Shown: positions 24,439-36,698, counted from the first letter of the whole stretch. The stretch: DNA of 61,144 nt, filler included, from Asterionella formosa (GCA_002256025.1; 4 parts of 4 records of this genome joined end to end with filler, not necessarily neighbours in it); one strand, 5' to 3'. Notes: generated by a model from the letters alone, not told the origin. A program made the numbers and translations.

Positions 24439-25620
24439 ATGGCGATCCAACGTTCTCGCGCAATACAATTGGCCTTGGTCGGGGTCCTGCTTGCTGGACT
24501 CGCCATCCTTGTCATAAACCCCAGTACTTCGCGTCGACTCACTGCCGAAACTGATAAATATTCTGCCTTTGGCGTGTCGCCTCCTTCGACAGGGAGTACA
24601 CCAATTATCTCTGAGCACCTGTCACATGCTGGTAGGGACATGCCGTTTCTCCTTCCAGAACGCGCCGCAGATTGGTGTATGCCTCCAAGCCTAGGTCCTC
24701 TCGACTTTGAAAACTGCGACGCCATTGGAAAACCAGTGAACCGCCTACCACTCGTGGGAGGAATGACTAATGCTCTCAAGTTTGTGTTGTTGGGAATCAT
24801 TGAAAGTTACGAAGCAGGTCGCTGTTTCTACATTGATGAATCGGGGTCGCATTTGAAGCTTCAAAGTGGCGGAGAGCAGCATTCACTCATCAGAAGATAC
24901 TTTGCCCCCATGGGCTTAGACCCAGAGAGTCTTGTGGTACAAAAAGCCCTTCTGGAAGCACGAGTTGAGACCAAAGACTGGACCGTAGTCTGGGAATGGG
25001 AAAAACGCCGTGTCATCTCGTCGGAACACTTTATTCCATACTTAGTCAATGAACATGTAGATGGCCACCGATTAAAGTTTATCACTCTCATGAGAGCATG
25101 GCGACCACTCGCCATGGTAAGAAACGCTGCATGTTCTGCATTGGAAGGACAGGGACTGAGGGACGACTTTTTGGCCTTGAGTGTACGTCGTGGCGACAAA
25201 CATACAGTGGAGAAATTTGACTACCCAACAGCGGAATCATACGTTGCTGCTGCTGAACATGCCATTGCTGCCCGCTTTGGTGGAGTCCGTCCAAAAATCT
25301 TTGTCGCAACGGATGATTGCTCGGTCATGGGAGAACTTCGTACTCTTAGACCTGAATGGAATTTTGTCAGTCAATGTGATTTGACACAGAATGGAAATGA
25401 TAATGGATTTGCTCTTTCGGATATGAAGGATTGGTCGGCCCAAGATATGGACCAACATTATGAAAAATTCATGACTGAACTCTTTGGTTTAGCCATTGCC
25501 AAGTATGTAGTTGGTGTTACATACACAAATGTTTCATGGTGGGTGCTCTTTATGCGACGAGCAAATATTGATGAGACTGAATATTTGGACACTGATGGTT
25601 CATCACCTCGGAATTGGTAA
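24439..25620 (+). CDS. Type II membrane glycosyltransferase, alpha-1,6/alpha-1,2/O-fucosyltransferase superfamily (GT23/GT11-like), 393 aa
   Basis: N-terminal TM AIQLALVGVLLAGLAILVI; motif I LSVRRGDK, motif II KIFVATDD, motif III ELFGLAIAKYVVGVTYTNVS. Confidence 0.8.
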   Translation: MAIQRSRAIQLALVGVLLAGLAILVINPSTSRRLTAETDKYSAFGVSPPSTGSTPIISEHLSHAGRDMPFLLPERAADWCMPPSLGPLDFENCDAIGKPVNRLPLVGGMTNALKFVLLGIIESYEAGRCFYIDESGSHLKLQSGGEQHSLIRRYFAPMGLDPESLVVQKALLEARVETKDWTVVWEWEKRRVISSEHFIPYLVNEHVDGHRLKFITLMRAWRPLAMVRNAACSALEGQGLRDDFLALSVRRGDKHTVEKFDYPTAESYVAAAEHAIAARFGGVRPKIFVATDDCSVMGELRTLRPEWNFVSQCDLTQNGNDNGFALSDMKDWSAQDMDQHYEKFMTELFGLAIAKYVVGVTYTNVSWWVLFMRRANIDETEYLDTDGSSPRNW

Positions 25621-26418
25621 ATTGAAGGATTGTTATCTTATTTTTTAATTAAACTAAACTATATATGATTCATTTGTCAAGAATAGATAATGTCTTCCTA
25701 ATTTTCTGACCATAACTACTAACATTTTCCTGGACTTGTCCTCCTTGCACTCACCATGCAGAGGTTCCATGTGTCCATGTTGAACAATGACAATATTGAC
25801 CATTCGTCTCTGTCTACTAGGTCTCACAGGGTGAAAGGACTCTCCAGTATGGGGAATGTTATTCCTTTCAGCAAACCATGAAACAAATTCAGAGTCATTT
25901 CAGAGTCATTTTAAACTGAAAATTTGTTGCCTTGCCAGTAATTTAGTAAATAGTCCATGTCAATGATCTAGTTCTCTCAAGTGAAAATGGAAGGATACTC
26001 TCAGCAAATGTTAGGGTGGAAAAGTGACTAAACAATCAGTCTTTTGTTGCGATCCTGTCTTCATCCTCTTCTGGTCAAGGAGACCAGCCAGAGACGACGT
26101 CCCTTCCCCTCCAAGGCTGCTATTACGACAGCATCGATGATGTAAGACCAAGCACTTGATCTTTTAATATTGTCCTGTTGGCCGCTGTAAGCGGTCCTAG
26201 TAATCAAGCAAGATGCTGCGATTTGAGTTCAAATCTTTCTTGACTGCAGGTAAGATTCAGATTTTATCGTTCCTGACGCTAACAGAGTTATAAAACGATA
26301 TTCAAGGCATATGCAAAAAATGTAGCTGACAACACTCTTGATTCAGTTTTCAATCTTGCCAAAGAAGCTTACAATGCTGAGGGAGTTTTGCTGAGGTTCA
26401 TTACTTTACTATGTACTA

Positions 26419-26556
26419 GGGCTGATAAAATAAAATATTTCTTATCAAGACGATAAACAAACCCGGGGATGTGACCTCAAAAAGTATCCGAGCATCTTTT
26501 TTTCTGATAAACAAACCTGGTAAAGTGGCCAATTTTTTGTCAGCAAAATCGAGATG
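26419..26556 (+). mobile_element. Putative DNA-transposon terminus (copy A)
   Basis: Begins GGGCTGATAAAATAAAA, with subterminal gataaacaaacc repeats; aligns by eye over ~130 bp with the reverse complement of 34385-34506. Confidence 0.6.
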
Positions 26557-27910
26557 NNNNNNNNNNNNNNNNNNNNNNNNNNNNNNNNNNNNNNNNNNNN
26601 NNNNNNNNNNNNNNNNNNNNNNNNNNNNNNNNNNNNNNNNNNNNNNNNNNNNNNNNNNNNNNNNNNNNNNNNNNNNNNNNNNNNNNNNNNNNNNNNNNNN
26701 NNNNNNNNNNNNNNNNNNNNNNNNNNNNNNNNNNNNNNNNNNNNNNNNNNNNNNNNNNNNNNNNNNNNNNNNNNNNNNNNNNNNNNNNNNNNNNNNNNNN
26801 GAAAGTGTGTGTGGTGATTGTGATGTATGAAATGGGTGATATAACATAAATATAATGATTTTTAGCATTATCACACTTCAGTGACCAGTCGTCAACATCG
26901 GCTACTTCCAACAACCAGCCACTCTTTCTTCCAAAAATGGTGGCTAAAACATGAATTGGTGCAACCAAGAACCAGCACAGAGTATGTCATTACAACCATC
27001 GTTTCAACTAAAGAGTTCACTCAATCCGGAGCGCCGCTTTTCGGTGTTCTTTGCTGATGCACCATCTACCAATGTCAATACTGCAGAAGACCAAGACACA
27101 AACCTATGTCAACATCATTCTAATGCCGCCTCTCCTTTGCGCCCATGATTGATCTTGCATGTCCCTTCCAACAATGCAATTTGAACAGCCTCCGAAATGG
27201 AGCAAACGTAGTTCTGTAGCAAATACTTCGTTTGTTTCCAGCCATGTCATTCATGAAGATTTTGACTTGGAAGATGATTCATATGAAGATTTAAAAAAGA
27301 TAATTGCTGTAAATAATACCACAGTAAAACACAAAAGAGTGATGTTGTTTGGTAACTAGTAATAAACAACGAAATAATTCCTTGTAGATTCCTCCCTAAA
27401 CAAGCAAACACATATGATTTTGTAATTAACCAAGCAGTTTTGTGTTGAATTCGTCGGCTTTACTGCTCCTTTGTTCTTGACTAATTTGATTGATCGCTTC
27501 GTTAAATAGGCTCAAAGGGTCCAACTAAAATGGTATGTCAGGAATGATTTTAATAGAATCACTTGGCTTCTTCATACGATCCCTCCTCCTCTTGCAATGT
27601 GAAGATCAATTTGGAATGTGCCAATAGAAACAAAGCCTCGGACTCGTGCCCTGTCTCATTAAAACCTCGCAACGAAATAAAAAATTTGAGATTGTATTTC
27701 ACGCATGACAATATTTTTGCAATACAGAGGCTGAGGATTTTCAATTACAGTAATACCTGAGCGAAGCAGATCCTTCATGGATTTTTTACACAGCCAATAA
27801 TATTCTAGACATAGACAAAGTAACGTGCTATAGTTCGGATTTTTCTGGAAGAAATTGAGTGATGCTACCATTACAAGATACTGGTGCTACCAGCACTTAT
27901 AATATGAATC

Positions 27911-28315
27911 ATGTCGCCAACAAGAATCAACAGTTGACGTGATGGAGAGTTACTTGGTCTGAATGCTCCCAACAATGTGCGCTCATGTGAGCATCATGAA
28001 TGCTGTGGGAAGGTGTTGAAGAAAGATGATGTGATCAGGTTCAAGCTTGCGGCTGCAGAGGAGATTTTGGGCAAGCCATTGGAGACAATCAAGGCCGTCA
28101 TTATCAAGGATGGCACAGAACTTTGCACTGTTGGATTTCTGGGAGGGGAAGTTGCTGCATTGCCATCGCAAAAAATCAAGTACATCGACAAGTTTGCGCA
28201 TGTGCTAGAACTAGTAAATGACACCAACGAAAATTCTATGATGAGAAAGAAGAGCAATAGAAATTCTGGAATAGCCTCATTCCGCTTGATGGATGATATT
28301 CGAGGCCAGGAGTAG
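27911..28315 (+). pseudogene. HIRAN-like small gene (RSCEHHECCG motif) with one premature TGA
   Basis: ATG 27911 MSPTRINS*RDGELLGLNAPNNVRSCEHHECCG...AVIIKDGTELCTVGFL; TGA at 27935. The HIRAN-like assignment is inferred from the GL...AV...VGFL pattern. Confidence 0.5.
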
Positions 28316-28439
28316 ATTCTTTTGTAGCAGTCTTCAATAAAGCTATAAAAAACATTAAAATGCTAAAACAGACTAAAAAGTTACAATGATAGTAACATGC
28401 TACAATTTTGACCAATGTATGGTCTTCAGTCACTTGCGA

Positions 28440-28961
28440 CATACCCAAGTGAATTCCAAGTGTTCAAAATTGTTGATTGTGAAACCCTCTCTTCCCAAGC
28501 TGTCCAAACCCGCTGAACGACATCCTGACACTTCACCTTTGTGATACAAGGATTTGCGACCATCTAGCTCTCATAGGAATCCCTAAAATATTAGCTCTTG
28601 ATGGGCTTATTTGCTTACTCCGATGTTCAACACCTGTACTTTGGAGGTGTATCCTCCACAAATGAGGTCCACAGCATGTCCACAAAAAACCTTAATTGCA
28701 TTGAGGCTTGTCGCCATGAAACGCACCTGAAACTCATCCATCAGAAGCTAGGATGGCTGGGTGCCATTGATTGTCCATGGCTTCCAAATGTTGCGAATTC
28801 ACACTGAAAAAACCGACTTGTCAACCCATGCTACCCATGATTTTGTCTGACAATAATAAACCATCTGCAAATTGTTGATTGTTAAATCTCGCTGGATCCT
28901 GGCACCAGGTACTCCTTTGAAAAAAACAAGAGAAGCAAGCTTCTCTCCAGACATTGAAATG
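28440..28961 (-). pseudogene. pogo/Tigger DDE_1 transposase remnant (C-terminal half; the 5' part is in a gap)
   Basis: GEKLASLVFFKGVPGARI...CQTKSW..WVDKSVF..*IRNIWKPW...LLMDEFQV...GGYTSKVQVLNIGVSK*: canonical pogo DDE_1 blocks with stops and the last catalytic D changed to N. Confidence 0.85.
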
Positions 28962-29304
28962 NNNNNNNNNNNNNNNNNNNNNNNNNNNNNNNNNNNNNNN
29001 NNNNNNNNNNNNNNNNNNNNNNNNNNNNNNNNNNNNNNNNNNNNNNNNNNNNNNNNNNNNNNNNNNNNNNNNNNNNNNNNNNNNNNNNNNNNNNNNNNNN
29101 NNNNNNNNNNNNNNNNNNNNNNNNNNNNNNNNNNNNNNNNNNNNNNNNNNNNNNNNNNNNNNNNNNNNNNNNNNNNNNNNNNNNNNNNNNNNNNNNNNNN
29201 NNNNNNNNNNNNNNNNNNNNNNNNNNNNNNNNNNNNNNNNNNNNNNNNNNNNNNNNNNNNNNNNNNNNNNNNNNNNNNNNNNNNNNNNNNNNNNTAAGAA
29301 CTAG

Positions 29305-29620
29305 GAAGGAAGGTTGGGAAGGGAAGTAAAGGGATTATTGCTGGTTTTGTGGGAACAAGGATGGATTGACCCAAACAATGTTGACAAATAGATACTTTCC
29401 GGAAAAAGGAAGCAATGCTTTCGGCATCATCAATCTATATACAAGCCTGCGCCACCTGACGTCAATATAGCTACCTCAACTTCATCAATGAAGAAAGTAT
29501 GATGGGCAGAGCATGTGAGAAAAATCGGGGTTGATGTTTTCTTGACGCCAACATGCTTGGCTGAACATGCAGATGCGGGCATTGAGTAACCTGGGCCTGT
29601 GCAGCCAAAGGAAAAAATAA
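29305..29620 (+). pseudogene. Tc1/mariner-related DDE transposase C-terminal remnant
   Basis: EGWEGK/KGLLLVLWEQGWIDP (frameshift), then KIGVDVFLTPTCLAEHADAGIE*, resembling the KGLxxVLxERG...TPKCHxExAGEGIE blocks of this family (recalled). Confidence 0.6.
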
Positions 29621-30531
29621 AAATCTATTACAAGGGTGGTGAGATAGTGTTTAGGAGCAAAAGTTATCATAGCTGAACGCATTGGAAAATTCTTATAGAA
29701 AATATATGGTGGCATACCATGGCTGCTCTTGGCTGACAGTTGCTAAGTCAATGTACAAACACAACAAGGGTGCACAAAATACGGTCTCATTTTAATCGAC
29801 TGGCTGATACATAGTTTTGAGACTCACCATTCTGCAATGGGTTGACTTTGATCATTGCTTCGTTCGAAGCACATTCAATTCGAATGCTGTCCATTGAAAC
29901 AGCCAATGAAAAAAATTGCGGCGAAAAAGCGCAGAACAGATCAAGAGATTTCATAGGAATTAAAATAACAGGGCATATATGATGCACTGCTCCTTGTGTA
30001 GACTATATTTGATCATTTCCATATTTCATATCACACAGGTGCATGGACGACTCCTCCCGCCCTTTCATTAGATATGCAGCCATGTTGCGATAATTCTATG
30101 AATGGCTGTATGCATGCTGCGATAAATCTTACAAGACATAAAACTTTGGTAGCTTGGGGGTTATCACTTCCGTACTGTATATGGGGGTGGGTTGCATGCA
30201 TGAGCAACTACTTCGGTATAAAATATGATCTTTAATCAATAAGTTTTGATTCGTTCATCCTACCTTTGATCATAGCATATTGATCATATGATAAACGGTG
30301 TCGTTGATGAGAAAAAGAAAGATCAAAATTTATTTTCAAGAATCAGGATTAATTGATCTTAAAAATATGATCAAATGATCCTAAAACATGAGCATATTCA
30401 GTTTTCCGCTGCACTATTGTGGTACTCCCATGATAGAAAAAGTAATACACAGCAAGTATACAGTACTACTGGTAGGCCATATGAATTTTGGTCAATACTA
30501 TGTCTATATACATAAATGTATGATTTCGACC

Positions 30532-30631
30532 NNNNNNNNNNNNNNNNNNNNNNNNNNNNNNNNNNNNNNNNNNNNTTAATTAATTAANNNNNNNNNNNNN
30601 NNNNNNNNNNNNNNNNNNNNNNNNNNNNNNN
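30532..30631. other. Artificial scaffold spacer N44-TTAATTAATTAA-N44
   Basis: Linker at 30576-30587. Confidence 0.97.
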
Positions 30632-30666
30632 GACTCTCAATGGTCTACCTGTTGTTGATTGTGATA

Positions 30667-31040
30667 TCACGGCTCTTCCTGGCCGGCTAATTCTATTAAA
30701 ACTGTTGAAATTGCGTCCTGAAGCACTCTATGCTTTCTTGTATCCTGTAAGGACACGTCAGGGACCAAATAGGCTGTAGATATGAACAATGATGTCTCCG
30801 TAATCGATTGTAATCGATCCTAAGAGTTTTAATAGAATTATGGGTTTTACTGTTTGCGTAGATTGTTTTCGAATTCTCTGGTACCATTTTCGATTTAATA
30901 TGTAGTAGGTAATTTATAGCGGGATTTTCTTTCCTAAAATAATTTCTCCAACACATGAAGCCCTTGCTTTGTGCGATTGTAGGTGCCTTTTTCTTGATTG
31001 TCACCCCCTCACTTGCTGGAACTTTGAACTTCGTGGTCAT
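30667..31040 (-). CDS. Possible small two-exon hypothetical protein
   Basis: Exon 31040-30885, phase-0 intron 30884-30820 (GTACC...CTTAG), exon to TGA at 30669-30667. The start is only 27 bp from the divergent IMPACT ATG, which weakens the call. Confidence 0.25.
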
Positions 31041-31067
31041 CAGAGGCTAAACTGCCATCTCAATGTA

Positions 31068-31950
31068 ATGGCTGTTCCGCTAATATTGAGTTGGTCCCTT
31101 TTTCTGACGGCAACAATGATCGCTGCTTTTGTAAGAGTACCATCACGCCAAGTTAGATCCATACATTTCGGATATTCCATGTATGTTGAAACCATGAACA
31201 CTAGTAGAGTCATGATCTCTCGAATGCTGACCTTAATTTCTCCATTAGATGTGCAATGACTAAAGACGATGCGCCGATTACTTTACAACCGGGATCTTAT
31301 TCGGCTGAGATAGAGATCAAGAAGAGTAGGTTCCTTGGATATGCACAACGAGCTCTAAACTGGAAAGAAGCCCAAGATTATGTGGCATTGGTGCGTTCCG
31401 AACATCCCAAAGCGCGGCATGTTTGCTTTGGATTTGTTGCAGGGATTAACCCAGTTCAAGAGCGCTGTTCGGATGATGGAGAACCATCTGGTACTGCTGG
31501 TCTTCCTATTCTCAGTAAGTTTTGAATGTTGTGTTGTGTCCCTGTGCAAATAGGAAACTGAAACTAACAAATTGCATACCGGTAGGTGCAATTAAGGGTG
31601 AAGGATTGTCGGATATAGTCTGCGTGGTAGTTCGCTATTTCGGAGGCGTCAAGCTTGGAGCTGGTGGTTTAATTCGGGCGTATGGCGGAGGAGCAAGGAC
31701 CGTGCTTCGCGCTGCGCCAAAGGAAATCATGATCCCACAATCATCCTTTCGAGTTTCCGTGGTATCTTCAAATGCCGGAGCATTGTACGAATCAGTGTCA
31801 AAAGCTGGAGGATCGTTTGCCGACGAGGAGTATGATACAAATGGGAACTTGACGGTTAGGATTACTTGCAAGACCACTTGCCTAGGTGAACTACGAGAGC
31901 GCTTAATAGACACGACGAGGGGATGTGCATATTTCCCAGACGATTTATAG
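31068..31950 (+). CDS. IMPACT/YigZ (UPF0029) family protein, probably plastid targeted, 3 exons
   Basis: Exons 31068-31180, 31249-31514, 31586-31950; introns GTATGT..TTAG (68 bp) and GTAAGT..GTAG (71 bp) both keep frame. Motifs IKKSRF, ARHVC, SDDGEPSGTAGLPIL, VVVRYFGGVKLGAGGLIRAY; signal peptide ends IAA|F. Confidence 0.93.
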
Positions 31951-32147
31951 CAGTAAGGTGAAAGAGGGCAGAAAGATTTGCGCTCTAGAATAGGATAACA
32001 TAGCTAGATAATCCTGACTGTTGGGTGATCACTTCAACTGCATTTGACACCCATCCTTGATTGTTAAAGGTTGTCAGCAGCACTTGCTGAGCAACCTAGG
32101 CAAGACATTCTCTTTACAAGACTAATATCGTATTGCGATAGTATTGC

Positions 32148-33001
32148 TTACTGCTTGAAAATCTGGTCACCATAGTTGCCATAGTACAAGTCCTGAACGA
32201 AGATTCCCATGAAAGCAACCATAGCAAGGCGTCCGTTGTTAATTTCCTTGTTTTGGTAATCGAGCCAGCCCTCATCACTATCGTCAACCCAGTAAGCAGC
32301 ACCAAGGAGGTCTCCGGCAACGTATCCAGGACGCTTGGAGATCTGCTGAGCAAGCCATTCAATGGCACCACATCCAAGCACGAATTGGATCCATCCAACA
32401 GGGGAAAGCTCTTTGGCGGCCGCAAGAGGGTCGCTGGAGAGCTGGCTGTTGAAAGCGGGGTGAACACCGGCAGCAGTAATGTACCAACCCAAGCAAGCAG
32501 CCATGGCAACACGTCCGTGCTTGAGCTCGGCCTCGCGGTAAACCGCCATGGTGGCGTCAGTCTTACCAGTAGCGAATCCCAAAGGATCGAAGAACCCCAT
32601 GGGTGCAGTGATCCCAACAACGGTCTCATCCTTCCATGCCGAAAGCGCAGATCCCGAACGGATTTGTGTGGCTGGTGCGAAGGCAGCGCTACAAGGGCAA
32701 GAAAATGGAGATTAGAGGAGTTCGATACGAGAAGGTTCCCGATCAAATCACTTTATACATTTGTCGATGATATGCCTCAAAATTATCCTTCTAACGCAAC
32801 CATTTTGAATCAAGGTTTACCAGCTCTTCCAGATTTTTTGAAACATCAACAGCCAGACCAATGGATCCAAGCATCACTTTCGTTTTGTTCCATTTACTCC
32901 TCCTCGCTTCCCATGCATCAGTTCCATGAAAACGTAGTAAACCAAGCAATCACAACTACTTACGCTGAGCCGAAAAGAGCGAAAAGAGTGGCGATCTTCA
33001 T
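32148..33001 (-). CDS. Fucoxanthin-chlorophyll a/c light-harvesting protein (Lhc; possibly Lhcq type), 2 exons, ~192 aa
   Basis: Exon 1 33001-32964 (MKIATLFALFGSA), 275-bp intron 32963-32689 (GTAAGT..GTAG), exon 2 AAFAP...GFFDPLG, REAELKHGRVAM, KEINNGRLAM. Confidence 0.95.
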
Positions 33002-33406
33002 GGTCAAGAGGTAAGATAATAAAGCAATACGGAGTCAAACTAACGCATGGGAACACGTACGACAGATATCAAGCCAGATTTTACGAGATGTTTCGCGCTT
33101 GCTTGAACTCGAAAGATCGGCAAAAATCTGTTCGGGTGAGGGATACTTTTTAGCTTCAAGACCAACCGAACCGAGCAGCACCATTTCCATCGTAAAGCCA
33201 CTCCCCTGGCTCTGGCGACCCCAGTTCCTTCGTCCGTATAAAGCCACAGCCACACATCAGGCGCAGCGCGCATTTGCTCTCATTCATGCATCGAATTCTT
33301 TCACCCACTTATTTATGTGCATACGCTCCTGAACGTTGGTGGCCTGGTCAGTTTTTCTGTCAAGAGCTCCATTGGACTACGAAGATACATTCAATTACTT
33401 TTTTCT

Positions 33407-33453
33407 GGGGGGGGGGGGGGGGGGGTGGTGGTGGTGGGTGGTGGGGGGGTGGG
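33407..33453 (+). repeat. Poly-G / (GGT)n tract
   Basis: G19 followed by tggtggtggtgggtggtggggggtggg-type sequence. Confidence 0.85.
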
Positions 33454-34384
33454 AATCAATTACCGATATATAATTCACTGCTAATCTTTAATTACTATCA
33501 TGATCACTTTCACTACTATCATCATTCCTGTTGTCACCAATTTTTTCATGAATATCTCAAAAAGAAAATTCCGACCTCATGGTCACTCATTGCAATTTAC
33601 AGGAGTCTGCCCCTTGCTTGGGAAGTTGATCAGAGTTGGGATCACATTCCTCTAATTGGACATCATCATCTGGGAACCTATATGGAGGCTTGTATCATGT
33701 GAAATCTTTGAAACATGATGAAATTACACCACTACATGTGGTATCATTGATGGACCCACCTGGCTGGAGCCCCATCAATCTCTCCTTGGACAGCAGGTTG
33801 GTGGAGTAAATCAATCCTCAGTTGAATCTTAGGATCAATCACAATTTCTATAAGCCAGGCAGTTCCTGCACTGCTCCAGTTATGGGATGATACTACCGAA
33901 ATAGGGCGGATGCCATTCACTTTCTCTTGGTCTTGCATGTATCTCAAATGAAACCATGTACCCAACCATTTTGGAATTGAAACTTTTGAACCAGAACTTG
34001 ACATCCTTTTCTTCATTTGGTTGCCTTGCGTATTTGAAGTGTTATACCATAGAGACTTGACCATGGGTAGTACTTGCTCTGTAACCAAGTTTTGGATTTT
34101 GGCAATTGACAAGATCTGCCTGGTGTTTGGTAGAGTCCATAACAATGATACATCCTTTAAAAGAGCAGGGTCATGGAAGTCTAATGGGAGTGTGTCCGAG
34201 AGCCAGAAGGCGGGAATGGACCGCTTCTGTATCTGTTACAGAAGCACAAGATCCATTTCAAAACTCATTTTCTTCGATGTGCACGGGAAGGAGGAGGCGC
34301 CTTGCACCAGATTCATCAGTGTTCATTGTGACTTCAGGAGGTGCTTGGTTATGTGAAAGCCTTGAGCTTTGTGATGCACTAGTC

Positions 34385-34506
34385 TTGATTTTGCTGATTA
34401 AAAAATTGCCTCTTTTCTGGGTTTGTTTATCAGAGAAGAGATCTTCAGTCACTTTTTGATGTCATATCACTGGGTTTGTTATCAGAAAGGTTTATTTTAT
34501 CAGCCT
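34385..34506 (-). mobile_element. Putative DNA-transposon terminus (copy B), flanked by TAA
   Basis: Minus strand begins AGGCTGATAAAATAAA; homologous to 26419-26556; the flanking TAA at 34507-34509 fits a Harbinger-type TWA target. Broken minus-strand ORFs follow (33744-34452). Confidence 0.6.
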
Positions 34507-34913
34507 TAAGGTAATGAACCTCAATTCAAAATAATTTCTATATAGGAAGGGTGACTTTCTGGATAATTATCAAAGTTTTGCTTCATGAAAGGGCACATCT
34601 CATTTCTCCTAACTATACAAACACAGAGGGAGTACATGTATATGGATGATTGCTTCTTGTTGTTCAATACCTTTCCATGACCTCACCCTTGAATTGAATT
34701 TTTTTGTCAGAATACAACTGAAATGATTTCACAAATGGTGGTGACCTTAACAGGCCCCATACAGCCCAAAATTGTGGCTAAATCATATTGCATGAATCAC
34801 ACAATTTTGATCATCATTGTCCTGTAATGTGAATGACCCAGGCAAATACCATGAATGCATACCATAGCACTTGATTAACTAATGCAACATCCCGACATGG
34901 CTGATGTTTACAT

Positions 34914-35681
34914 TTAAACATTCATTTCTCTTGGGATTATTCCCTGCTTCAACATGTCGATTTCATCCTGCAGATTCGCTCTAGCCCTTGCCTCAAGGAC
35001 AGAGTTAAGTAGACGACTAGAAAATATACTGGGTTCCTCCAGAAATTTCTGCAACACATCTACACGTTTTTCGCAATACATTGCTCGATCCACATGGATG
35101 TATTCTTGTCGAATCAAACCTGCATAGGCAGCATATGCAGATGCATCTTTACTCAAAACTGCCATATCAATATCCAGAAATATTGCCAAGGCTTCGTCTC
35201 CATTCTTCGGCGCTTTGTGGTGTTTTGTGGCTAAAATGAATTCAACGACTCGCGACTGGAGATTCGCTAGACTGGAGTCTCCAACATCGCTACAAAATTC
35301 CTGAAATATTTTGGCACTATCGTCTTCATTTTCTCCTGATTGGACGTCATAGATAGCATCGTGGAATAATATGGCGAGAGCCATGACGTTGTAGTCCATG
35401 TGCTTGGAGTCGATGTCTAGGATGTCTAGAAACCCAAAAAGTTCCTCCAAATGGACCAAGGTGTGATAGGCTCGATATTTTTGTCCATACAGGTCTTTTA
35501 TTCGATTCCACCATGACTCACTGATTTCCGATGATGCTCTCTGGAAGCAAGCAGTCGCCTGAACCCAATGTGTTCGCAGCCTTTCGAGACGATCCTCGGA
35601 GTCAAGTTTGAAATTGTCATTTTGCGCCATCCATGATGACGAATAAGCGGCCTCGAGAAGGTCAGCTGATTCGACGTCCAT
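34914..35681 (-). CDS. Predicted metal-dependent HD-superfamily phosphohydrolase (COG4339-like), ~255 aa
   Basis: RAYHTLVHL, AILFHDAIYD, ENEDDSA, ILATKHH, FLDIDMAVL, YAGLIRQEY, ARANL..EI. The start could also be ATG 35708. Confidence 0.88.
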   Translation of the reverse strand: MDVESADLLEAAYSSSWMAQNDNFKLDSEDRLERLRTHWVQATACFQRASSEISESWWNRIKDLYGQKYRAYHTLVHLEELFGFLDILDIDSKHMDYNVMALAILFHDAIYDVQSGENEDDSAKIFQEFCSDVGDSSLANLQSRVVEFILATKHHKAPKNGDEALAIFLDIDMAVLSKDASAYAAYAGLIRQEYIHVDRAMYCEKRVDVLQKFLEEPSIFSSRLLNSVLEARARANLQDEIDMLKQGIIPREMNV

Positions 35682-36698
35682 TGTAAATAGCAGCACAGCA
35701 TGCAGCAATTTTTGTCACAAGTATTGTCAGGGAGGGTATGCAAACCAAAGAACGTAATGAATTTGATACCGATGTAGTACGAGGAACTGTGCTGGTATGA
35801 TACCAGGTACAAGGGTACCTGGTACCTGGTACTATAGGACCAAGCGAGTCGGAGCCATCATCGTCGATAATAGTTGAACACGACTTTCGCACCATCTATT
35901 TCATACTGGTAGTTGTAATCAAAGCAATAAGTACCAGTACCTGGTACCAGCGTACAGGTAGGTCTATCGGTAGGGCTGCAATCCGGAGTGCTTGTGGTCC
36001 CAGAGACCTCCAAGTTGCTGTAATTCTGCTCAAACTAAAGATTTAGCTACCTTTATCCCAGATTAAAATGTTAGTTTAAGCAAAATGACCGCAACTTGCT
36101 GATATATAACGGTACCACTTGGTGGGGTACTTTAGTACCTGGTACCGGGTGCATGTGATTTAGCTGTGGATTAAAAAATGTTTCATTCTTTTACTGGTAA
36201 CCGTTATAATAACCACACATTTTTACCGGAGGGATGCTCTTGTGTACAATGAAGGGGTATCTGGTACCAGGTTCATATCGCACGAAGGAGTAAATCTTCC
36301 AATACAGCACCAGGAAGTGTTGCATCCTACGATATTGGTATAGAGCATCTTGTACCAGGTACCTGGTACCACGGACGCTTGCTTTTGCAATCATATCTAA
36401 ACATCGCCTCATCTTCATCCCCGTAGCGGTGTTGTTGATCCACCTGTCGCTGGCAGCGACGTTTTGCACGATACTCCATACTGTTACTCTGAACATCACG
36501 ACAGTGACTTGAAGTCTGCGGAGATAGAAGAGGGTTGAATTTTTCTTATTCAAAGTAGGAGGGCAAACTACTTTTTGGCACTCCTCATCACTGTCACTAC
36601 CAGGTACTCTACTCCGATCACTCCACGTTAAAATAATAGCTCCAGAGGAAAAGATACGTTAGGGAACGAGCGAAAGCCGTCCCCATCAATTTTCAAGA

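Noticed and set aside
18231..29374. Long ORFs containing runs of X in the ORF track
   Set aside because: They only read through N gaps.
26419..34506. One 8-kb TIR transposon capturing the IMPACT and Lhc genes
   Set aside because: The two ends are on different scaffolds separated by the spacer at 30532.
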